Positions 37,790 to 51,118 of a DNA stretch of 64,000 bases are shown here, in pieces. A model generated the notes under the pieces. It had not been told where the DNA came from. It ran no database searches and was given only the letters and a program-made list of their open reading frames with translations. Both the position numbers and the translations under genes were made by a program. Within the stretch, counting starts at the first letter, position 1; every line of letters starts with the position of its first letter. The DNA comes from Takakia lepidozioides (Eukaryota; Plantae; Bryophyta): contig CM060733.1 in assembly GCA_030704615.1 (NCBI GenBank), positions 70,370,001 through 70,434,000 on the forward strand. The letters are read 5' to 3'.

Positions 37790-38302
37790 TTGGTGTGGGG
37801 GGGGGGGCGACTGAGCAGTTACTACTCAGTCACTCCCCCCCCCCCAACCTTCCTCTTTTTCTTTTTGTTTCCTGATCTCTCCCTCTCACTCCCTCTCTCT
37901 CTCCCTCTCTCTCCCTCTCTCCCTCTCCCTCTATAACTCTTTGGATTTCATCTGGCCTTAACCTTTTGAGGTTATTTAGTTTTTCATCCCTGCCTTTTTC
38001 ATCCAAATCTAGATGATTTTATTTTATTATTGGATGATGAAACTTAATATACAGAAAGCTAGAGTTACCATCTATTTTTTTCATCTAAACTGGATGATCT
38101 ACATAAATAATGGTTACCTATTATAAAATCCAAGAGAATAATAAAACTACCATCATAAATGATGGCAGTTATTAAACCTAAGCCTATACCATAACCCTAA
38201 AAGATACATTTCTATGGGATGTCATCCAGTGACAAAATGCCTCTCTTGGTAAAATGTGATATTTCATCCATCCTGGATGAAAAATCGGGAAGTTTTGCCC
38301 TA
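37790..38302. repeat. Second copy of the dispersed repeat at 12150-12653
   Basis: Same hairpin, CT tract and TTTGCCCTA end. Confidence 0.45.
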
Positions 38303-39577
38303 AGCAGGCCGACACACTTCATAGCACTGAACTTGTGCTTCAATGAACCTTGATGATGCGCCGTATAAACCTGCTCCCCTGCTGCTACATGGTACTCGTG
38401 ATTGCTGGCTCTTGGGATGCGCATTGGTGGTTAAACAGATTCTTCTATGGCAGACGACAAAGCCGTGATTGCTCTGATCAGGAACTCATGGTTCTTTATT
38501 TTGCAGCGACGCTTTTACTCCTTGTTGGGAAGTACTCTATCCCTATTTATCTACAGATTACATGTTGCTCTCTCTTTGTGTATGAGTCATTCTCTATCTG
38601 TGAACGCTTCTACTCTGATTGCGTTCTGTTGGAGACGATCTGTTGGACGCCATGGCACAGGGCATACCACAAACACTCAAGGTTTTTTGAGTTTACCATT
38701 GCTTGAATTGTGATCTGTACTTGCTTTATAATTCAACACTGACATGGATAGCAACTGTGAAGACCTGCCATTTACCTGCTGCATCCTCACTAACACACAT
38801 CGCTATGTGGTGGTTTTTGGGACGGGCACAGGTGAGGGTCTTCACTTGTCTTGATTTCTTGAAGCTTGCAGTTCCTGTTCTTGCAAGTGTGGATACTGCT
38901 GCTGCCTAAGCTGTTGATGCCATCTGTTGTTTCAAACTACCACCATGCCGCTTCAGACCCGCTCCAAGATGGCTCCAATGAGGATCTGCTTCTCTCCTTA
39001 CCCCTGTTTATGGTTTTTTACAACCACATTTGCATGTGTAGGAGTTTAGCTATGAAGGATACAAGGATACAAAATAGCAGTTATTACTTTGACTGCCTTG
39101 ATACTTGGCTCTGAAATGAGAACTCTTGGTATGACTCCGATGGATCAAAAAGATAGGCTTTGATAGATAACACACATTCTTCAAGGCCCTCATATCATTT
39201 TGGTTTCATGGCTTGATAACAAACAGGGGTTTCTGAGCTGCTCTTTCACCTTGGCAGAACTATTTTATGGATGAAAGAGAATGTTAGATGGTGCCCTGTA
39301 AAGGGCTGTTTTGTCTTTCAATGACAATGACCTTAGCGGTCTTGTCCATGTCTTGACATGACATGTATATCTTCCCTCTCTTTATTTGATCAGTGTACTT
39401 AGTGGTTTTTGTACACACCATCTACCCTTACCTTTCTCCTTTTCACCTTCTCATTTTGATATATTGACAAATGTTCTCGGGGGGCTTTGACAGAAAGTCA
39501 CCAAAGGAGGTCCTAGCTGGAATGAGGACCTCATAGCCCTGGGGTATCAGTCCCCACTACCTCCTCCAATTCCTGCT

Positions 39578-42428
39578 GTGCAGGCAACCCTCGCACAAGT
39601 CACACCAAGTGACTTCCATGCTGCATTGCAAAAGATGGATACTGAGGCCGTGGAAAATTCAAGTGATGAAAACCCCGTGTTATTACTTGAAACCTTGGCT
39701 TTGGAAAATTGGGTTGCACTTGGCATCATGGCAAATAAGAATGGCAGGTACCTGGAGAACCTCCAGGAATTCAATACTAAAATGATTGAGGTACTGGAAG
39801 ATGATGCCGAGGAGCTGATACAATGGGAAAAGAAGGGATCAGCCATTGAGGCAGCTCTTAGAATGGCGAACCCAGAAGATGACCAGACTGTCTCCACGCA
39901 GAAATCTACAAACACATCTGAAAAAGACTTCATCCCTTCTGTAAGTAATCACCCAATCCTTGGGCACATGATTTTACCGGGTGAAGAAAAAGAGGCAGTG
40001 AGAGAATTCTGTGAACAAGTAGAAATCTCACAAGTGGAACAAGAAAGGGCAGCAGGTGCCACTCCTGGAAATCTGTAGTTTGTCCCTTGGTTGCCTCCCC
40101 ATGCAGTTGAATTAGAGGTTGCCAATAACGATCACATGATGTGGCACCCACATGCTAATATCAATTTATTGGCACCCATTTCTATTGAAATGTGGGTCAA
40201 ATGGGGCAACATAACTCCTGCTGAACGCAGTAGGTGTGCACAGGATGCTAAGGAGGGTTTTCAGAGAATAAAAAAAGAACCTATTGTTGTGGCATGGCCA
40301 CTAAGGACCTTCTACTACGAGCTCTGTGACAAAGGTGAGAACCTTACCCTGAGGACCAAAAATGACTTGCCGACTGGTTCGGCCAGATCCAAAAATCACA
40401 AGAATCAACTCTTCAACTGGCATCGTCCCTACATAAGATGTAACTGTGGACAAGGAGGGGCACCCTGTTCTTGCATTGGGAGTGTTGCTTGGTTTGACCA
40501 TATGGTATGGTATATGCTGAACAATCTGATTGTGTTCTTCCCTGATGATGCCTATCCTTCGGTGCAAACCAAGTATTACAGCTTTCTGGTATGGATCATG
40601 CGGGCTGCCAGATCTGCTGTTCTTGCACAAATTACCTTCCAGATGACCCGGGGCTTCATAATGGAAGCAGCTTGTGAATTCTCAATTGACCCCCAAGCCA
40701 AGTTGCTTGGGAAGTTAGGAGGATCCAAGGTGGCCAGATACATTGAGAAACTTGTGAAACCTGGGTCTTTTTCAGACAGCCTTCCCAGGCCACAATTCAA
40801 TAGCTACAAATGGCAGCGTATGGAGGGGCAAATGCCTCCTCAACAAGGCAAGAACAATGCCACTCAAGGCAGAGGCACCCCTGGTCGTGGAAGAGGTCTC
40901 TACCAAAGAGGAGGACGCTCTGGCAGGGGCAATACTCTACCAACACCTCTGAGAATTCAAGAGCAACGAATCGGTCATCACTTGGGGGTTCGGGTGCTAA
41001 TTCCAGTACCACCATCAACATCGCCAGCCAGGAGTCATACAAGACTCGTCGTATCACTGACGAGTTCTCCCCAATACGCAAACGAGATTTTGGATCATGG
41101 ACAGATCTTTAAAAATCTCATTTTTGGTATGTTCCTCTACTTTGCATGTGCAGATGCGTTGTTTGGTCTTGAGGATGGTTGTAGACAAATTGAAACTCAT
41201 GCCCATGGCAGGAAATTCATAAAACAGGCAGCAAAACCTGCTCCCTTGGGATTCATTCATATGTTGTACCCAAACCGTGGTATGGAGTGGATAAACCCTA
41301 GGAACTTGATAAAAGAAGCTTTTTTGGAATTTGGACAAAATGACTTGGCTATTCTCATCGATGAGATAGTCTTTGGATGGACATATCATAAACAAAGCAG
41401 CTCTGAATACTATCAGCCTGCTGCTGTTTTCCGTGATTTTTGCTTTATGCAAGACCTGATTCACTCACCAGATTGTCTATGTGACAGTGCCAAGAGGTTT
41501 CATGATTTTCGGGATGCGGATACAAAAACAGAATTCCATCTATCTGGTTCTACACCTACGCAACACGTACGTACCATGGACCTAAATATTATTAGACACG
41601 CAAGGCTGAAAGAACTATTCAGCCTAGGTATGAATCACATCCCTCTCAAACGTACTTTGCTGAAAGACGTTGTTGAACAAGTGTCTTTGGCTTTCCATAG
41701 AACCTGTGAAATTTTACATATAGACCCATGTGAATCTTGGGCCGCATCCTGCAACCAATGGGTAAAAAACACATGCTAGGATAGATTGAAACAAAAAGCC
41801 GGCAGAGGAAGGTACGACTTCACTCACCATGAGCGCAATCCTCTTACTGTAAAAGAGGCAAAAGATGAACTTTCATGTTTTCTCAATCACTTGTATTTTT
41901 CTGGTCTTGACAAGGCTAACAACAACGTATGTTTTATGTGTGTGAAGCACATAAGAACTCAAGCCTTCCACAAATTGATGGGTAAAGACTTTACACCATG
42001 CAAGCAAGCTGAGGTATGGCTGCCACCTGACCTTGTTCTAGGAAACATTTCCGTGGAAATACAGAGTCTGATTCCGGAGATACCTGCTCCCTCCTGTAGA
42101 TTACCTTACATTATGGGAATCTATAAGCTACATAAGAAAAAATACAGATGGATTACCAATGCCCATAAATGTGTTTTCAGTGAACTTGCTAGCCTTCTTA
42201 CAAGGGCTACCATGGATCTTCTACCATTGGTAAAAGAATGGGCCAAGACAAGGCTGGATACTTATGAGCAATTTTTCAAAGTATCTACTGCTATGTATTG
42301 GATTATTGACTCCATCACTAACTTTACACTAAATTTGCCTGAAAAAGTCCGTAACATCTTTGTTGCTGACATTACACAATGCTATGAGAAACATACCTTT
42401 GACAGGACAGGATAACTTAGGGGACGCC
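39578..42428 (+). pseudogene. Penelope-like element (Naiad/Chlamys-type) RT with long N-terminal extension, 3' truncated
   Basis: Three ORFs in one frame split by TAG stops; HVRTMDLNII, DKANNNVCFMC, LPYIMGIYKLHK, YRWI, YWIIDS, ADITQCYE. Confidence 0.75.
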
Positions 42429-42984
42429 TGTCAAGTTAAATAAGCACAGTGTGAAAACAGCTAGAATAAAACTAGTTATTTGTATTTAACACTTGGATTT
42501 AGGTCAAGTGTTAAATCAGGTGTCAAGTTTAGTTTTGACACCTGGTCTGTCTTATCTTCACGAGAGCGGCAGTCGCGCAGCTCATCTCTCTCGAGTTGAG
42601 CCTGCGCGACCGAGCTCCTGCATTCTTCAGATCTGACTGTGCGTATGATGGGAGTGTAGGTTGTTGTGGGGTGGAGTCCCCATAGCTTGGGGTGCCCCTG
42701 GCTCGACTATTATCTTAAAGAGTGATCTTGAGGGATTGCATATTTCTTGTGTTGAGAGTGTGTGTCCTTTTCAAGTTTGTTTATCACTCGAGAGAGATGA
42801 GCGTTATCTAGTGTGCTGGTGCTAAGCTAGATACAATGTTTGTTTTAGCATTATTTTAATATATATCTTGGGGCGGGAGTCCATCTGGCCTTGCTGTTTC
42901 GCTGGTCTGTGCGCAAGAGCATAGGTGCTGTACAGTCCATTAGAGGGAGAAGGAGAAGGTTGCAGAGATGGAGAAGGCAGCGGA

Positions 42985-43510
42985 CAGGCATTGAGGGAAT
43001 GTGGTGCTGGACTTCGGATCGCAGTATACGCATCTTATCACCGTCGTGTCCGACAGTTCTCTATTTGCCCCTTTTGCTTACCTGCTGGTACCCCCTTGGA
43101 AGCCATTCAGGGGCTCAATCCCTCCGTTATAATTCTCTCAGGTGGACCCCGTTCTGTCCATGAAGAGGGCTCTCCAACTGTACCTGATGGCTTCTTCGAG
43201 TACACAAGGAATCATGGGATCGCAGTGCTTGGCGTTTTACGGGCTGCACCTTATTGTCAAAGTGCTGGGAGGAGAGGTCAAGCAGGCGGAGGGCCAAGAG
43301 TATGGGCGCATGTAAATAGCTGCTGTGAAGGATAGTAAATTATATGGTGATGCAGAGAGCTTCTCAAACCCGGTCGTGTGGATGAGTCATGGTGATGAGG
43401 CAGTTTAACGTTCACCAGGCTTTCACGTCGTAGCCACCAGTTTGCAGGGCGACATTGCTGCCATTGAGAACAGCGCTGCTGGAATTTATGCTCTGCAATA
43501 TCATCCCGAG
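42985..43510 (+). pseudogene. GMPS: Intronless GMP synthase glutamine-amidotransferase fragment
   Basis: LDFGSQYTHLI, IILSGGP, EYGRM, VWMSHGDE, LQYHPE, with frameshifts. Confidence 0.85.
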
Positions 43511-43519
43511 AAGTTTTGT

Positions 43520-43797
43520 GGCAAAGCTGGGACTGATTGGGAAGGGGGATTCTACCCAACTGCAATCCATTTCAGCGGGGACTATCCTAGTAAGCCACCC
43601 AAGTGCAAGTTTCCCGCAGGCTTCTTTCACCCGAACCTGTATCCGTCAGGCACAGTGTGCCTCTCTATCCTCAATGAGGACTCTGGGTGGAGACCAGCCA
43701 TCACCGTGAAACAAATTCTGGTTGGCATCCAGGAGCTGCTAGATGCCCCAAATCCAGCTGACCCAGTACAGACTGAAGCGTACAACTATTCATCCAG
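43520..43797 (+). pseudogene. SCE1: Intronless SUMO-conjugating enzyme (Ubc9) fragment fused in frame to the GMPS fragment
   Basis: [10 protein letters not shown]...[40 protein letters not shown]. Confidence 0.9.
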
Positions 43798-43915
43798 GTC
43801 GAGAAGTCACAGGTGGACCAGCTCAAGGTCTGAAACTCCCCCAAGTCTGAAACCTTCCAAGGCTGTTTACAACATGACAAGAAAGCAGCAGAGATATACC
43901 TGCTTACTGGCAAAG

Positions 43916-44050
43916 AGTCAGTGCTAGGAGCTGCATTTGATCCAGAGCTACACTCTGTACTGGAGCTGGCCAGTGATGCTGAGCTGTTTGAACTATTGAA
44001 CATTCCCTATGGACAAAGCCTGCTGAGCCTGCTGTTGAAGTCAGTGGCGC
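43916..44050 (+). pseudogene. Fragment of a conserved uncharacterised plant protein
   Basis: AFDPELHSVLELASDAELFELLNIxYGQSLLSxLLKS resembles a conserved plant hypothetical protein (from recall, unverified). Confidence 0.45.
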
Positions 44051-46552
44051 TAGACGGAGGTGCCATACGGGCTGCTGGTTTGATCAATGGGTGTTGGATC
44101 TTCTTCCTTTGTCCACTCCTTACCTGTGAAGAAGTGCCCTGGTGGAAGCTTGGCAGTTGATCCAGTTACTAATGGAAGCCCTACCGCAAACAAAGAGTGT
44201 TGCTGAGAGACAAGGAAAGTACCTGGGCAAATCTTTGAACAAGCTGGCACAAGCAGGTGGTGGTCAGGCTGGGGTCCTTTTGTAGATATTCTGTGGGCCT
44301 TTGATGAACAAGTGATCCAACCATACTCTAAGCTCAGGCGTTGAGCAGCCTTACAGGTGAATCTATAGGGTCCCATGGGAACAATTTCTGCAGCTACACA
44401 GGTGTGTTAGTGGCCTAAGAACAGCTTAGAAATGCTTCAGTGCAAGCCCTGGAAATTGTGGGCGTCAATGCCCGTTGCAGGAAAACATGAGAGATGCGAA
44501 TTAGACCGAGTTGATGGAACTTCAAGCTGGTCTTGGCTTTGGATTCCATGCAAAGACGGCCACATCACACAGGCCGCCTGTCCATAAGCCATGAAGGTGC
44601 TGCGCAGTGCATCTGCTCTTGAAATCGCCCACTCGCTGGTTTGTAGTCTCTAGGTCTCGAGGAGGCAGGCCCACGCGCAGAGAAAAGCAAATCGTGTTAC
44701 CCCACCCAACTGAGGTCGAGTGTTGGAATTAACGAGCTCTTGGTGCCTGGAGAATCCTGGAGGGGAACGACCTCGGGAACTCGTAGATAACCTGGGAACA
44801 GGTTGTAATGACAAAAGCGTTTTGGTGGTAAAAAAAAAAAAAACAAAGCCTTTTTGATCTAATTTAAATGTTTAAAGAGCCTGGTTGGTCATATCTTTGT
44901 CAAATGAGCTCCGTTTGACTCAGTTTTTGAGGGGATAGCTGCAGAAAGGGGAAATCTACCTATCTAGACCTGGTTTCTGTTTTTGGGACTCTGCTAAAAA
45001 TCTATGGAATTTTTAGAGTGTGAGTGTGCCATGAAAGATCCACAATCCTGTCTCTAGAACCTGTGCTGGTCTATATTAGAGACAAATCTGTGGATGTACT
45101 CCTTGTATGGCTGGGGGAAATGAGGACGTCGTTGAAGGGCAGGTCTCTTCTCTTAGCCTGTGTACCAAAGGGGACAAGATTTATGTTTCCCAAGGAACTC
45201 AGACTGATTTGAGTGGAGAACAGTTGGACGAGTTGATTGCATACTGGGAGTCAGGCATTAGCAGTAGACAACAGACTGCTGTAGTTGGCATTGAGGGCCT
45301 CAATATCGCCTTGGACAGTCAGAACTCTGTTGGAGCCAGCAGTTCTGCAGCTGTAGGTGAAATACCAAAGTGGGTGAAAGCTAGGCTTGGAACACAGCCA
45401 AAGACAGCCCCGGGACCAAGGTGTTCAGTCACAAGGCCGTGGTGTACTGGAGCAGAGGAGCAGGAGCTACACAAGTTTGTGCAATCAGACATGGTTGCAG
45501 CCGGATACGCTCTGCACAGGGCAACCATGAGCGGGGTTCATCAGCAATGACATGTTTGTTTGTGCGTGAAGGAGATGCAGTCATTCGCAATGAGGACACC
45601 CGCAACCGTCTCAAAGCTTTCGAGTTGAGAGACTATCAGACCCTACCTTTGTTTTCTTTAGTGTTCAGTGAGCGGGAGATAGGGGAGTATTGCTTTGTCT
45701 CTACCTGGCAGAAAGAGGAGGAGGGTTGGTTAGAGCGAGCTACTGTAGCTTGGGACAAGGTTAGTGGCAGGTTTCTGGACATAGATATACCTCCTACACC
45801 TTACCATCATGCAGAGCGAGGCACTTTGAGAGAAGTCTGGCAGTTGATAGCATAGATCAGGATTAGATCTTGCTTGGTCGGGCTTCTATTCTTCCCCTCC
45901 ATCTCTGTACTATTTTCATTACCTTATACTTGTAGTTGCCAAAGCCTCTCTTGGTGGAGGCCAGTCAGTCCGGGGTTTTGGGCTGGGATATTCTGCAGGA
46001 TCAGCATTGCAGCTGGATTTTGGTGTGGGGGTGTTGATGTTTTGATTTCTTGTGTTTGGATCCCCCCAACACCTGCATGCTTGACTGTGCGCCATGTTGG
46101 TTTTGTGTGGGCGCTTGCTTTCATAGGGATTAGGCCGGATTTGATCACCGGTCAATCCTAGAGTATGCTGTCGGTGGTGAGGCTGGAGTGATGACCAGCA
46201 AGACCACCAGTGTTTCTTCTATGGTGAGGCTGGGTTGATGACCAGCCAACCATAGGAGTTCTTGCGGTGGATGCAGGTGCAGGTGCCCTGAGCCATGGGA
46301 TATGACCCTTAGACTGCAACAGGTGCCCACCCGTGTCACTATTAGATTAGTACTAGAGCCTTATAGTGTCACTGGAGGAGGTGCACATTGTGAGTGTCAT
46401 TACGGAGTTACCCAAGGGTTTTGAGGGGAGTACGGCTACAGGCAGTAACAGTGAGAGTGGGTTCACAAGACGAGGTATTCGGTTCAGACCACCTTCACCG
46501 CCACCCTCAATTACTGTAGAGTCAGACACAGGCTCGGAGGCTTCATCAACAG

Positions 46553-48207
46553 GTGTGCACTTATTCGCCATTGTTGTGGGACGACATGGAGGAGATGTAT
46601 GGAGCTACCAAGGGGCCTCGTAGGTACTCTGGAGCTGTGGGCACAATCGAGTTGGATGACTTTATCCAGGAGTTCGACAGCTGGTGTGATTTGCAGCAGA
46701 TGCGCAATCCACATCTATTCACCCCATTCATGGCGTGGAAGGGACTGTTCCAGCATTTGGAAGGCCCGCCTATGGACGATTACCACGAGTTCAGGCGAGG
46801 ACATGAAGCAGAGATTGAGGAGTGGAGGATGTATTGGTCACCTGACTACATCTCCATTACTCGAGGCATGACGCGACCAGTAGCTGCATCAGTACCAATA
46901 GCTCCCACTGCCAGCACTAGTAGTGGAGCAGGTAGTGCTGGTACTTCTGCAGGTGGTACCAGTTCAGAAGGTGCTACTACTCCTCCTGCCACAGCTACAA
47001 CACATGTGCCTAGATTCAACCCGGTGGTGGAGTTCTTCCAGGAGTTGCGGAGGAACTACCAAGGTGTACGGACAGAGAAGCTGCGAAGTTTGCAAGACTT
47101 CCAGCGCAAACCCAGTGAGAGCCTGCGAGAGGCGTACACTCGTATGAGGCGCTTGATAAGTGTGACCCAAGGGGTTACTGAAGCTCAGGCAATCCAGTTT
47201 TGGTATGGAATTCTGGACAAGGAGCTCAAGAGAAGGGTGCGAGATGCAACCCTGTTACAAGCAGCCCAACCCACATTAGCAGATGTGTTTCTGCTGGCTG
47301 AGCGGATTGAGCTCAACATGGTGGAGGAACGAGTTGTTACAATTGGATTTGGCAAGGACATGCCTGTACGGGGCACAGCTGTCAGCCCACAAGCACAAGG
47401 GACTGCCCAACAGCGTGGTCAGGGGGGCAAGGTTGCCCAGCCCAAGTTCCATGGAGCTTACAGGGGCCTCAGGTGCAAAGGCCCGTGGCATCTTTTGCAG
47501 GCCAACAGCAACCAGGGGTGATATGTTGGACATGTGGAGGACCCCATGTCAAGAGAGATTGCCCAGAGAGTGGCAGAAGGCCGGCACAAGCACAGCCTGC
47601 ACAGTTGCAGTGTGGGCATTGTGGCAAATATGGGCATGGAGATGCCCAGTGTTATGACTTGCATCCTGAGTTGCGCCCAGGCCAGTTCCAAGGGAACAAT
47701 GGTGGCCGGGGGCGAGGTGGACCAGCCCAGAGAGGACGAGGTGGTCGGGCACGAGGTGCAGGCCAAGGGCAAGCTCAACATGGCCAAGGACGCGGAGGTC
47801 AGGGCGTTGATCAAGGCATGGCCAACCGGCTTCAGCAGCTAGAGCAGAGGCTCGCTGCCATGGCTATAGCTCAGGCGGTACCGGCTCCCAGGCGGGATGG
47901 TCCACCTCCTGCTCCTGAGGGAGGAGATATGGGAGGCATGGGATTTATGTGCGGAGCAGCACTACCACTAGAGCAGGTGGAGTCTGCTGCAGCCGTGACT
48001 CGAGGAGCAGCACGAGTTCCTGAGCCACGAGGTGCAGAGGTGGAATTGGATCCACAGCGTGGGGGGCAAGCCGTCAGGCAAGGCTTCCTCAGTCATTCAC
48101 ATTGGCGGAGACTGTGTCGACGCCATCCATGGCACCTAGTTCTCGCCCGACTGTTACCGAGGCGGAGGTTACTATGCCATTGGGGAGAGCTACACGTGCA
48201 GCATTGA
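46553..48207 (+). pseudogene. Gag with two zinc knuckles (frameshifted)
   Basis: FQRKPSESLREAYTRM major-homology-like region; CWTCGGPHVKRDC; CGHCGKYGHGDAQC. Confidence 0.8.
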
Positions 48208-48589
48208 CTCCTGCTGCCAAGGCTAGTGCGGCCGTGTGTTGTTGGGGGCAGCCACCTCTGTGTGTCAAGCCCCACTGTTCTCGGCAACCATGATTGCGAC
48301 GCCGGGGGTGAGACCAGCTGCAGTGTTCAGACTAGCAGCAACACTCTGCGAGAGTGGAGGTCACTTCATCTTCTGCGGAGTTAGTGGAAGGTGTAGTGGC
48401 AGAGGGATCCTCGGATTTGAGGGTCAAGACTGCCACGGCAGCGCCCTGGCAAGCTGCAGCTGCCAGGTTGACGGAGCTGCCAGCTAGGCCAGCCTTTGAG
48501 CGCGCCATGGTGACACCTGGAGTTGTCTTGTTAGACAACCAGGGAGGCATTTTCACTTTGAGTGGACCGCAGGCAAGAAGTACCGGCCA

Positions 48590-48960
48590 CTGCGGGTCTT
48601 GTTGGACTCAGGAGCTCAGCCACTGATGTTGGGCAGAGCTGCTATTGCAGGTTTGGGCCTCATGGAGGCGGATATGGAGCCTTGTCCTTTCCAGATACAG
48701 ACATCTCTGGGAGGATCAGAGCAGGCTCGGGGCATGACACGGCATCAGTTGGCTATTAGACTGCAGCCGGATCATCCTGTAGATGGCTCAGTGATGCGAG
48801 CCAAGGCCATTGTGACAGACGCGGTCTCTTACGATGTCCTCGTTGGTGGGGCAGTGTTATACCCCATGGGCTTCACCCTGGATTTCTGGGAGGAGTCAGC
48901 ATCCTACAGGCCTGGATGGCAGTCAGGGGATGGTCGCCGTGCACAGCTCCCTGTGACATT
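48590..48960 (+). pseudogene. Aspartic protease domain
   Basis: VLLDSGAQ ... YDVLVG. Confidence 0.8.
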
Positions 48961-49310
48961 CATTGGGGGTATTGCAGCTGCCCAGCGGGGCAAGATGCCA
49001 ACACCTAGCCCCTTCACAGCTGCCGTTAGTTGGCCTGGAGAGTTGCTGGAAGGCAATGTCCATGCAGAGGATGTGCCACCTCCAGCAGAGCAGGATGACA
49101 TGCATGGTCGGCGGAGTTGCCTGCCATGGTTGCTCACACCCCGTTGTGGGGTACGAGCAAGATTTGCAGCAAGCTGCTGATGGACGGGTGCAACAAGCTT
49201 GGGAAGAAGCTTTTGTACCGTCAGGAGAGGAGGAGAGTGCGGTGATTGCACCAGGGCCACCTCAGTTGTCGCCATTGGACACCACACCTCTTGTGTGGCA
49301 GCGGCCGGAT

Positions 49311-50270
49311 GAAGGCATTTGCCTTCTGGACTTGTTTGGCGGGATCAGCACCGGATTGGCTGCTGTGCTACAGGCAGGTGTGCGGGTAAGGCGTTACCTG
49401 TATGTGGAGAGGGATGAGACTGCACGACGCGTCTCACTGCGCCATGTGGCTCAGTTGGTACAGCAGTACCCTGACTTGTTGCCTGTGTCTGCAGTTCGTG
49501 GATACCAACAAGCCTTGCCAGCAGACATTTCCTTGTTGGGGGCGCAAGATTTGGAGCAGGTTGGCTCCATTGATCTGATAGTGGCAGGTTGGCCCTGCCA
49601 AGGGCATTCATCAGCCGGCATGGCAATGGATTGCGAGACTCGAGGACGGGTCTGTTTTGGGAGATGGTGCGGATTTTGCGCTGCTTGCAGCTTCATCAAG
49701 CTGTATCTCCAGCATACATCTTGGAGAATGTACCACTGATGGGTGATTCTCGGGCCAGGGTGATGGCCAGTGTGCATCAAGTCCGGTCGTGGCTTGGGTC
49801 AGCAGTGTTGCTGGATGCAGCTGCAGTGGGGTCACGGGCTCATCGTCCACGACTATGGTGGACTAACTTGATGCCACCCGCACTGCTCAAGCGTGCATTT
49901 GATGGGGTGCAGCGGCCAGCACACCTCACCGTGGATGGCATTTTGGACACAGGAAGGCAGTCTCAACGTGTGAGACACGATGACCGTTCGCCTTTGGCAG
50001 TGGTCAACAGGGTGGGTCAACCACGAGCAGCATTACCTACACTGCTCAGCTTCCCAGGATCCCATGCTTTTCGGGATGGTGGACCTGGCCTCCTGTGGGA
50101 TGCTCAGTTGCAGCAGTTAGTGGAGCCTAATGCCGACGAGCGAGAGCGGGCTATGGGGTTTTCCACTGGGACCACGGCGGTGCCTTCTCTTTCTGAGGCA
50201 TCACGTCGTCAGGTGTTGGGGCAAGCAATGGATCTCAATTGCTTGACCTGGATTGTCAGCTTGGCTATGG
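49311..50270 (+). pseudogene. DNMT3-like DNA cytosine-5 methyltransferase domain within pol (frameshift near 49620)
   Basis: Motif I LDLFGGI, II VERD, IV AGWPCQG, VI ENV, VIII RPRLWW, IX ERERAMGF, X LGQAM. Confidence 0.9.
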
Positions 50271-50689
50271 CTGAGCAACGTAGAGTGCGGAGTGCACTTC
50301 CCTTGACGGTCTCTCTGCCTACCGAGACGGTACAGGCAGCGAGTGGGGGCGAGCCGGTGAGGACCACGAGGTGTAGACATCCATGGCACATGTGGGAGGT
50401 GCTCGAGGTTCAGAGGAGTTGGCAGCGAAGGCAGCTGTGATGGATGAGGTTGGGGATTCTTCTCGGGATGAGGAGGTTCTCAATGATGAGATGATGGGGC
50501 AGGATGAGGCCTTGTCATTGACTGAGCAGGAAGGGGGTACTGCTCAAGAGGTTGCAGCATAGCAACCACGGGACGCGTCCTCTACCTCTAAGCCCACTGG
50601 ACTTAAGGTTGCAGTTACGGAGGACAATTGGGAGCCTGACATTGGACCCATTGTCACCGGAGGAGAGAGACGACGTATACGGCGGTTCC

Positions 50690-51118
50690 TGAGGGCTTAC
50701 AGGAATTGCTTTGCCTTCAGTTTGAAGGACTTGGGAGCACTGAAGGGTCAAGAGATCCGTATTGAGTTGGCCACTGACACGCCAATCTTTCGGAGACCCT
50801 ATAGATACAGTGACATGGAGAGGTCTTTGATTCAGATGAGGACTCAAGATCTCTGGAGGCAGGTTTGGTGGAGCTCTCTGGTGGGAGAGTATGCTTCAGC
50901 CACAGTGATGCCAGCTAAGAAGGATGTCTATGGCAATTGGACGGAGAGACGTATGTGCGGTGATTACCGGCCTGTAAATCGTCAGACCAAGTCCGATAGG
51001 TATGCCATGCCAACACCAGAGGAGATCTTTGATGCCATTGGGCATTCCAAGGTCTTTAGCACGTTGGATTTACGATCCGGATATCACCAGTTGCCGATCA
51101 AGGAGGCGGATAAGCAAA
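50690..51118 (+). pseudogene. Ty3/gypsy reverse transcriptase N-terminal part
   Basis: [32 protein letters not shown]. Confidence 0.9.

Larger units (their letters stand above)
46366..51118 (+). mobile_element. Ty3/gypsy-type retrotransposon coding region gag-PR-DNMT-RT, running into the gap (LTR not defined)
   Basis: Colinear gag, protease, C5-MTase and RT motifs on one strand. Confidence 0.85.

Noticed and set aside
36769-39385. About 50-bp direct repeat (36769-36815 and 39338-39385) as Penelope terminal repeat or hammerhead ribozyme
   Set aside because: No hammerhead core (CTGANGA...GAAA) seen and no defined boundaries
40076-41779. Selenocysteine or readthrough in the Penelope ORF
   Set aside because: The in-frame stops are TAG, not TGA; simple decay is more likely
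42417-42428. Polypurine tract before TG at 42429
   Set aside because: The sequence continues the Penelope RT reading (GQDNLGDA), so the resemblance is probably coincidental
45024-46340. ORFs upstream of the DNMT-gypsy gag
   Set aside because: No recognisable motifs or second copy; could not define an LTR or PBS
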